From: a virus
IMG/VR virus record: IMGVR_UViG_3300045594_000200
Reading direction: 5' to 3' (one strand)
DNA: 39,313 nt
Of this stretch, positions 33,954-39,313 are shown piece by piece (the first letter of the stretch is position 1; the number at the start of each line of letters is the position of its first letter). The translations under genes were made by a program, and so were the position numbers. Below the pieces are notes generated by a model. It did not search any database. It was not told the origin of the DNA and saw only the letters and a program-made list of their open reading frames with translations.

Positions 33954-34010
33954 GATATAATCTGTTTACCCTCTTTCTTTCATTTGTTGTGTAGGTTAGT
34001 GGGGTGTTAA

Positions 34011-34046
34011 GCGTGCCATGCTCCAACATGGTGCGCATTTTTATTT
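34011..34046 (+). terminator. Hairpin plus T-tract oriented on the + strand, between the integrase gene and the membrane-protein gene
   Basis: GCGTGCCATG-ctccaa-CATGGTGCGC followed by ATTTTTATTT. As + strand RNA the stem is 10 bp including two G-U pairs. On the minus strand it has two mismatches and no U-tract. Confidence 0.45.
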
Positions 34047-34430
34047 GCTTTCTTCAGGCCTGTAAAACACCTTCTTTTTAGCAAAGTAATAAAAAATGAT
34101 AGCGATAGGAACTAAAACATTGAACGATATCATGCTGCCGCCGTCAGTGGACAGCTTAACAACATAGAATACAAATATCACAAATAACTGAAAGCTGATG
34201 TTTACACCCCAGCCGAATGGATCAATGCGGTATGACGATTTGCGGAGAAACAGCATGAATACAATAGCTAACACTTCTAACGCTAGCACTCCATATAATT
34301 TGCTTGTACCATATGCCGCAAAATCATTGAATGTAGAAACAACTAAGCCAATAAGCTGAAAGAAGATAATAACTCCTGTGTAGAAATAGTGGAACGTAAG
34401 CTCTTTGTTATCCTTTTCTATGCGTTTCAT
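34041..34430 (-). CDS. Multi-pass membrane protein (about 129 aa) co-transcribed with the repressor
   Basis: About four hydrophobic segments. GGAAAGGA lies upstream of the ATG at 34430. Every candidate start overlaps the repressor 3' end. Confidence 0.6.
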   Translation of the reverse strand: MKRIEKDNKELTFHYFYTGVIIFFQLIGLVVSTFNDFAAYGTSKLYGVLALEVLAIVFMLFLRKSSYRIDPFGWGVNISFQLFVIFVFYVVKLSTDGGSMISFNVLVPIAIIFYYFAKKKVFYRPEESK

Positions 34431-34671
34431 TTCTTTTCCTTTCCGGTTTTTCAACCATTTCATCAACTTCTAAGAAAAACCTTTTCTTATCATATCCAAT
34501 AGCATCTAAGTAACGGTACATGTCTCCCGCATTCATAAATGTTTTTCCTAATTCCCAATTAGCTACAGAAGGCCGGCTTAGCCCTAGTTGGTCTGCTACA
34601 AATTGTTGCGTTTTCTTTGAATGTAATCTTGCATTTTTAAGACAAGTTGCAACAGCTATGTCATATTCCAT
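34408..34671 (-). CDS. XRE-family HTH repressor (cI-like, 87 aa)
   Basis: KKTQQFVADQLGLSRPSVANWELGK. It is divergent from a cro-like gene across an operator-rich intergenic region. Confidence 0.8.
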   Translation of the reverse strand: MEYDIAVATCLKNARLHSKKTQQFVADQLGLSRPSVANWELGKTFMNAGDMYRYLDAIGYDKKRFFLEVDEMVEKPERKRNETHRKG

Positions 34672-34693
34672 GGGTACCTCTCTTTCTATATGA

Positions 34694-34722
34694 ATAGTAG
34701 CGCATAGCTACAAATATTTCAA
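34694..34722 (-). promoter_or_regulatory. Putative repressor promoter (minus strand TTGAAA-17 nt-TACTAT) overlapping operator 1
   Basis: Hexamers and spacing were counted directly. Confidence 0.55.
34697..34711. promoter_or_regulatory. Operator 1: GTAGC-GCATA-GCTAC
   Basis: One of four copies of the GTAGC-N5-GCTAC palindrome. Confidence 0.7.
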
Positions 34723-34737
34723 TCCGAAATTTTCTTA

Positions 34738-34766
34738 TTGACACTAAGGTAGCTATAGGCTACTAT
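34738..34766 (+). promoter_or_regulatory. Putative early lytic promoter (TTGACA-17 nt-TACTAT) overlapping operator 2
   Basis: Consensus -35 hexamer with 17-nt spacing, 37 nt upstream of the cro-like ATG. Confidence 0.65.
34749..34763. promoter_or_regulatory. Operator 2: GTAGC-TATAG-GCTAC
   Basis: Palindrome family member. Confidence 0.7.
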
Positions 34767-34773
34767 ATTCAAT

Positions 34774-34788
34774 GTAGCGATACGCTAC
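34774..34788. promoter_or_regulatory. Operator 3: GTAGC-GATAC-GCTAC
   Basis: Palindrome family member. Confidence 0.7.
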
Positions 34789-34802
34789 TAGAAAGGAATG
34801 TC

Positions 34803-35009
34803 ATGAAAAGATACACCATTAAGGAAGCAAGGGAAAAGTCCGGTCTTAGCAAGGCTGAAGTGAGTAAGCGAATGGGTATTAAAAGCGTTTGCACATGGTA
34901 CAACAAAGAGAGCTATAGGCGGTCTTTGTCTGGTGGCGAGTTGCTGAGCTTCGCAAAGATTGTCGGTATTTCTCCTGATAGCATCATTCGTAAAGATGAA
35001 AGATCATAA
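34803..35009 (+). CDS. XRE-family HTH protein (cro-like, 68 aa)
   Basis: GLSKAEVSKRMGIKSVCTWYNKE. It is the first gene of the rightward operon. GAAAGGA RBS. Confidence 0.75.
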   Translation: MKRYTIKEAREKSGLSKAEVSKRMGIKSVCTWYNKESYRRSLSGGELLSFAKIVGISPDSIIRKDERS

Positions 35010-35026
35010 TTTTTTTACAAACGATG

Positions 35027-35041
35027 GTAGCTATACGCTAC
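35027..35041. promoter_or_regulatory. Operator 4: GTAGC-TATAC-GCTAC, downstream of the cro-like gene
   Basis: Same palindrome family, lying between cro and the next gene. Confidence 0.6.
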
Positions 35042-35054
35042 AGAGGGACTGACT

Positions 35055-35279
35055 ATGCTAACCTACACAACAAATGAACTAGCAAAAGAATTACACGTTT
35101 CCCGCAATCATATAGACATGATGCGAAAAATCGGTCTGATTGAGGGAATCAAAAGCGGAAGGGCTTACAGGTTTGATACACGGTCTATTCTTGAATTTTT
35201 GGATGAAGTGAAAGGAAAAGACATATCAAATGAGAACACTTGCCGCCTGATCCTATTAGAAAGAGGAAGAAAGAAATGA
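35055..35279 (+). CDS. Excisionase-type / MerR-like HTH DNA-binding protein (74 aa)
   Basis: YTTNELAKELHVSRNHIDMMRKIGLIEGIKSGRAYRF. Confidence 0.6.
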   Translation: MLTYTTNELAKELHVSRNHIDMMRKIGLIEGIKSGRAYRFDTRSILEFLDEVKGKDISNENTCRLILLERGRKK

Positions 35280-35566
35280 TTAAAGCAGATGGAATTAGGG
35301 TTGAAATTTCAGGAACCGGCGCTGAACTTGGATGCGAGTTATTAGCCGTGGTAAATGATATTTTTTCAAGCCTTAAAAAGATCGGTATGCCAGCAGACAT
35401 TTCAAGAGAATTTGTTTTGCATTGCGTAAACACAGCGCTTCTCAGCGAAGAGGAAGCGAAAGTAAAGAGCTATGAGTTGCTAGGACTTAAAGCAAATGCA
35501 AGTGAAGAAGAGTTTATGGAAGCGGCCAAAAGAGAAATAGAGGAGATTGGGAAACATGCCAACTAA
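35276..35566 (+). CDS. Hypothetical protein (96 aa)
   Basis: ATGA overlap, with an internal ATG in ORF 35240..35566. Confidence 0.5.
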   Translation: MIKADGIRVEISGTGAELGCELLAVVNDIFSSLKKIGMPADISREFVLHCVNTALLSEEEAKVKSYELLGLKANASEEEFMEAAKREIEEIGKHAN

Positions 35567-36281
35567 GGATGAAACAGCAATAGCTGAAATTGAAGGCGCC
35601 CCTGCTAAGAGCAAATATGCATATCTGAATATCTATCAGAAATTACAGTTGGCCAAGGTTCGCATTCAGAAAAGTGTTTTAGGAAAATCTGGTGAAAACG
35701 GATTCTCACATTATTCCTATCTTAATCTGGTTGACTTCATGCCTCTTACAAATGAGGTATTCAACGAACTAGGGCTATATTCCAAGTTCAACATGGATCA
35801 TTTAATCAGAGACGATGGAGTGACAGACGAAACAGCCACATTAGTAATTATCAATATGGATGATACAAATACAAATTCTCTCATTTTCAAGCAGCAGACA
35901 GCGGATGCCAAGGTGGCGGGAGCATCACCTACACAGAATGCAGGAGCCAAGGCAACATACTTCAGACGGTACCTGTATATTCAAGCGCTTGATCTAGCAA
36001 TCCCTGATAAGCTGGACGACAATTCCGGCGGCACAAACAAGCAGGGGGAATACGTTAAAGGAAATGTTGTTCCTGATGACGGAAAGAGAATGATTAGCAA
36101 GACACAGACAGATAAGCTCAGCAAGCTATGTTTGGATGAACCGGAAATTGCAGAAAAGATGCTGAAAGCGTACCAAGTAAATTCAATTTCGGAAATGACC
36201 GAAACTATTGCAAGCTCGGCAATCAAGAGAATGATCGCAAGCATTAAGAAAGAAAGAGAGAGCACAGATGGAAAACAATGA
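35556..36281 (+). CDS. erf: ERF-family single-strand annealing protein (241 aa)
   Basis: YLNIYQKLQLAKVRI..SVLGKSGENGFSHYSYLNLVDFMPLTNEVFNELGL is typical of the ERF N-terminal core. GAGGAG RBS. Confidence 0.7.
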   Translation: MPTKDETAIAEIEGAPAKSKYAYLNIYQKLQLAKVRIQKSVLGKSGENGFSHYSYLNLVDFMPLTNEVFNELGLYSKFNMDHLIRDDGVTDETATLVIINMDDTNTNSLIFKQQTADAKVAGASPTQNAGAKATYFRRYLYIQALDLAIPDKLDDNSGGTNKQGEYVKGNVVPDDGKRMISKTQTDKLSKLCLDEPEIAEKMLKAYQVNSISEMTETIASSAIKRMIASIKKERESTDGKQ

Positions 36282-36606
36282 AATCAAGGTAGTAGAAGGG
36301 CAGATTGTCACAAGCGCCAAGTTCAATAAGGCAATGAAATCACTACAGGCATTTCAGATCAGAAAGCAGGAAATGGATAATCGAGAAAAGGAAGCTAAAC
36401 AGGCATTGCAGGATGCCATGGAAGCGTGCAACATTACTCATTTCGAGAATGAAATGTTCTCAATTTCCATTGTACCGGCCGGAACAAGAGTATCTGCTGA
36501 TTCTGCAAAGCTGAAAAAGGATGGATTGTTTGAGAAGTATTCCAAGGAAACACAGGTAAAGGCAAGCACAAGAATTACATGGAAAGATAGCGATGCCACA
36601 GATTGA
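36268..36606 (+). CDS. Recombination-module protein (112 aa), possibly Gp157-like
   Basis: Coiled N-terminus followed by FENEMFSISIVPAGTRVSADSAKLKKDGLFEKY. The family call is tentative. Confidence 0.4.
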   Translation: MENNEIKVVEGQIVTSAKFNKAMKSLQAFQIRKQEMDNREKEAKQALQDAMEACNITHFENEMFSISIVPAGTRVSADSAKLKKDGLFEKYSKETQVKASTRITWKDSDATD

Positions 36607-37207
36607 GTTTCATGAAGACACTCACACCTACCTTGTAGATGGAATGATTACTCCATCCGTCACTCACTACATATCAGAAATATGGATGCCGAATAAATAT
36701 GCCAATGTTTCACGTAAAACGCTGAATCATGCGGCGGGATATGGAACAAAGGTACACAGGCTGATTGAGTATTGGAATGATCACCATGAAACGCCGGAAG
36801 ACTATGAGAAGAAATCATATGAAGGTATTGCCTTACGCCGATATAAACAGTTGGAAGAAAAATATCAGATCATATCTGAAAAGCAGGAAGTACCAGTCTG
36901 CTATATCGAAGAAGGAATACCTCTGTTTGCTGGAACATTTGACTTTCTAGGAACGGTTGGCGGGGTGCATACATTAGCCGATTACAAGACCACGGCTGCA
37001 TATGACGGTGATTACCTTGGCTATCAGGAAACACTGTATAAACTGGCGATTGAGCAGACATTAGGCATTACAGATATTAAAAAAACGGTCTGTATATGGC
37101 TTCCTAAACGGGACTTAGGAAATGTGATTGATGTGACATTAAAGGATCCATTATCACTGATCGAGGATATTAAAAAATATGAAGAACAGCATAATTCAGA
37201 AGGATGA
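36593..37207 (+). CDS. PD-(D/E)XK-superfamily nuclease (204 aa)
   Basis: N-terminal FHEDTHTYLVDG...PSVTHYI, then GTFDFLG......LADYKTT and YQETLYK. Confidence 0.7.
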   Translation: MPQIEFHEDTHTYLVDGMITPSVTHYISEIWMPNKYANVSRKTLNHAAGYGTKVHRLIEYWNDHHETPEDYEKKSYEGIALRRYKQLEEKYQIISEKQEVPVCYIEEGIPLFAGTFDFLGTVGGVHTLADYKTTAAYDGDYLGYQETLYKLAIEQTLGITDIKKTVCIWLPKRDLGNVIDVTLKDPLSLIEDIKKYEEQHNSEG

Positions 37208-37457
37208 AAGCAGGTGCTATCTAACAGGTAGCACTCTGCACCTCGATAAACACCACTGTATGAATGGAGCCTTCCGCAAGAAAGCGGAACAGGATGGATT
37301 GTTTGTTTATCTCAACCATGAAGTGCATATGTATCTGCATAACACAGGTGAAGGCAGACAGAAGATGAATGAATTAAAGGCCATTGCACAGAAGAAGTAT
37401 GAAGAAAATCATACTCACGAAGAATGGATGGAAAGGTACAAGAAAAACTATGTTTGA
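37179..37457 (+). CDS. Small His-Me-finger / HNH-like protein (92 aa)
   Basis: CYLTGS...LDKHHCMNGAFRKKAEQDGLFVYLNHEVHMYLH. Confidence 0.5.
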   Translation: MKNSIIQKDESRCYLTGSTLHLDKHHCMNGAFRKKAEQDGLFVYLNHEVHMYLHNTGEGRQKMNELKAIAQKKYEENHTHEEWMERYKKNYV

Positions 37458-37797
37458 AGGAAACCTTATTTCCGAAATGGAAAGATTGTCGGGAACACTT
37501 GACACGACTATTGATAGTTTTGAGCAAGCTGGATTTGATCTAGCCGAAGCAGAAGCAAATTATATGAAACTTCTGAATAAGAGAGCGCTAGAGGAAAAGG
37601 CAAAAGGAACACCTTCAACATTCATTTCTTCATTTCTGAAAGGGGAAGATGAAATTGCGGAATTACGGCTCAAAAGGGACATTGCGGAAGCTAAAAAGAA
37701 CACACTCAACGAGAAAATCAATTCAATCAAATTACAACTCCGAATTATTGATTCTCAGGCCACAAGAGAATGGAGCACTCGACAAGATAATTATTAA
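37450..37797 (+). CDS. Hypothetical coiled-coil protein (115 aa)
   Basis: ATGTTTGA overlap with the upstream stop, with an internal ATG in ORF 37384..37797. Confidence 0.5.
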   Translation: MFEGNLISEMERLSGTLDTTIDSFEQAGFDLAEAEANYMKLLNKRALEEKAKGTPSTFISSFLKGEDEIAELRLKRDIAEAKKNTLNEKINSIKLQLRIIDSQATREWSTRQDNY

Positions 37798-38164
37798 AGG
37801 CCGTATGATCGGACTGAATGACTATATCTCAGCAGAGAGAACCAACCGTTTCAAGGCGGCCAAGATCAAGGCAGATATGGAAACACAGGTGCATGCCGGA
37901 TTGAAGGATGCAGCTAAGAAAGGCACTCTGCATAGTCATAAAGAACCTTGTGAGCTATGGATATGCTTCGTTGAGCCAAACCGCAGGAGAGATTTAGACA
38001 ATATCAGTTTCGCTACAAAGGCCATACAGGATGCAATGGTCAAGGTAGGAGTATTTCCGGATGATTCAGCAAAATTCATTCAGCTTCTTCATTACACCGT
38101 GGCTTATGATCCAGAGGATCCAAGAATTGTCATAACAATCAGAGAAAGAGGAAATCATGAATAA
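37649..38164 (+). CDS. rusA: RusA-family Holliday-junction resolvase (maximal ORF; start uncertain)
   Basis: IIIKGRMIGLNDYISAERTNRFKAAKIK ... RRDLDNISFATKAIQDAMVKVGVFPDDS. Candidate starts are ATG 37649, TTG 37748 and ATG 37805. Confidence 0.7.
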   Translation: MKLRNYGSKGTLRKLKRTHSTRKSIQSNYNSELLILRPQENGALDKIIIKGRMIGLNDYISAERTNRFKAAKIKADMETQVHAGLKDAAKKGTLHSHKEPCELWICFVEPNRRRDLDNISFATKAIQDAMVKVGVFPDDSAKFIQLLHYTVAYDPEDPRIVITIRERGNHE

Positions 38165-38558
38165 ATTTACAGCAAGCGGATATTTAGGCCGTGATCCAGA
38201 AATCAAAATGACCTCGAATGGAAAGCATACAACAGCAATCAATCTAGGGGTTTCAGGAAACAAAGACCATGAAGAATGGTTATATATCACGGCATACGAC
38301 AAGACAGCAGACTTGATCTGCCAGTATCAGAAGAAGGGAAATTTTGTAATCGTTGACGGTCATATTCATGTCAGTAAGAATACTACACAAGACGGTCAGA
38401 AGATTTCTAAGACATACCTCATTGCAGACCGTGTGGAGTTCGTTAATACACACAATGATAATTCTACCGTGAGAAACAATAATCCTTCTCAGAATGGCCA
38501 GAATCAAGCCACAGGCTATACCAGCCAAGGAATAACAGCAGACGATCTGCCGTTCTAG
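38157..38558 (+). CDS. ssb: Single-stranded DNA-binding protein (133 aa)
   Basis: OB-fold N-terminus (MNKFTASGYLGRDPEIKMTSNGK...) and an acidic C-terminal tip ending DDLPF. Confidence 0.9.
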   Translation: MNKFTASGYLGRDPEIKMTSNGKHTTAINLGVSGNKDHEEWLYITAYDKTADLICQYQKKGNFVIVDGHIHVSKNTTQDGQKISKTYLIADRVEFVNTHNDNSTVRNNNPSQNGQNQATGYTSQGITADDLPF

Positions 38559-38565
38559 GAAATTT

Positions 38566-38784
38566 ATGAAAACTACACAGCAAGAAATGGTATTGGAGTA
38601 CCTAAAGAATCACTGTGAAGGAATTACATCAAAACAGGCGTTCAATCTTTACGGAATTACAAGATTATCTGTTCTGATTTTCGAGCTGCGGCAGAAGGGA
38701 AACAAGATCAGCACAGCAGACGAAAAGTGCAAGACCAGGTTCGGCAACACGTCAGTATACGGAAGGTATTATTTGGATGAATGA
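38566..38784 (+). CDS. Small winged-helix/HTH DNA-binding protein (72 aa)
   Basis: QEMVLEYLKNHCEGITSKQAFNLYGITRLSVLIFELRQKGNKI. Confidence 0.55.
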   Translation: MKTTQQEMVLEYLKNHCEGITSKQAFNLYGITRLSVLIFELRQKGNKISTADEKCKTRFGNTSVYGRYYLDE

Positions 38785-39313
38785 TGATAGGTTCGAGGGG
38801 TTCATTGTTTTACAGCACAAAATAATGGATTGGCAGTATTTCGGATGCATGAACGCATTGGGAATATGGATGCACATTCTGATGAACGCAAATTGGCGAG
38901 ACGGATGGTTCATGGGAGACAAGATTGAGAGAGGATCATTTGCTACTTCAAACAAGAAATTAGCGAAGGAATGTGACCTCAGTGAGTCGACAATCAGAAG
39001 GTGGCTAAAACGGTTTGAAGAAGCAGGACAAATCAAGGCAATCGGAACAAACAGATATACCAAGATAATCGTTATAAATTACGGTAAATATCAAGATTAT
39101 ACGTCAGACGTGGACAACCAAGTGAACAACCAAGTGAACAACCAAGTGAACAATCAAGTGAACAACAATAGAACAAATAAACAAAGAAACAAAGAAACAA
39201 TAAAAGATAAATATATTGTGCAAAAGTTTTCTAAACCGTCAGTGCAGGAACTAGAAGACTATGCAAAATCAATCGAATTTCAGAATTTCAGTGCAAGCAG
39301 TTTTCTTGACTAT
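38777..39313 (+). CDS. Replisome organizer / DnaD-like protein, N-terminal part. It is open at the window end and continues at base 1.
   Basis: The ATG overlaps the upstream stop. N-terminal wHTH (SFATSNKKLAKECDLSESTIRRWLKRFEEAGQI). There is no stop before the window end, and the ORF is absent from the ORF track for that reason. Confidence 0.75.
   Translation, partial: MNDDRFEGFIVLQHKIMDWQYFGCMNALGIWMHILMNANWRDGWFMGDKIERGSFATSNKKLAKECDLSESTIRRWLKRFEEAGQIKAIGTNRYTKIIVINYGKYQDYTSDVDNQVNNQVNNQVNNQVNNNRTNKQRNKETIKDKYIVQKFSKPSVQELEDYAKSIEFQNFSASSFLDY
39110..39169. repeat. Five tandem 12-bp units (GTGRACAAYMAW) inside the replisome-organizer gene, encoding (V-[DN]-N-Q)n
   Basis: GTGGACAACCAA, GTGAACAACCAA x2, GTGAACAATCAA and GTGAACAACAAT were read directly. 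Confidence 0.9.
39224..39313. repeat. Second copy of the 90-bp terminal repeat
   Basis: Identical to bases 1-90. Confidence 0.95.

Noticed and set aside
1-39313. tRNA, tmRNA or rRNA genes, transposases or IS elements, and stop-codon reassignment
   Set aside because: No cloverleaf-like or IS-like sequence was recognised by eye. All long genes are intact under the standard code. A tRNAscan or Infernal run would be needed to exclude small RNAs formally.

Overview
The window is a complete, circularly closed genome of about 39.2 kb from a temperate dsDNA phage. Bases 1-90 are identical to 39224-39313, and one ORF reads in frame across that junction. The host is probably Gram-positive (Firmicutes-type). 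This rests on AGGAGG-type ribosome-binding sites, an amidase endolysin with three CW_7 wall-binding repeats, an XkdX-like protein and a Dp-1-like holin.

Modules, in order:
(i) 38566-39313 joined to 1-5759 (+): replication and early genes. These include a replisome organizer spanning the junction, many tiny translationally coupled ORFs, and a tandem family of zinc-ribbon proteins.
(ii) 5812-10379 (-): a reverse-oriented 12-gene accessory island. It carries an ArdC-like antirestriction/metallopeptidase protein and many small acidic proteins I could not assign.
(iii) 10380-11522: an ORF-free region of about 1.1 kb with hairpins, a G-rich patch and 15-bp tandem repeats.
(iv) 11523-32619 (+): packaging, head, tail fiber and lysis genes, then a 2637-aa giant protein. 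I recognised no tail tube, sheath or tape-measure gene, so the particle is probably podovirus-like.
(v) 32620-35279: an attP-like region, a tyrosine integrase, a membrane protein, and a cI/cro-type switch with four 15-bp palindromic operators plus an excisionase-like HTH.
(vi) 35276-38558 (+): a recombination module with ERF, a PD-(D/E)XK nuclease, an HNH-like protein, RusA and SSB.

No tRNA, rRNA, CRISPR array, reverse transcriptase or transposase was recognised. All functional calls come from motifs read by eye in the translations, and nothing was searched against a database.

The most interesting unexplained features are:
- the reverse-strand accessory island
- the large non-coding region with SD-like tandem repeats
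- the giant HExxH-containing virion protein
- the zinc-ribbon paralog array
- a 22-bp element present three times
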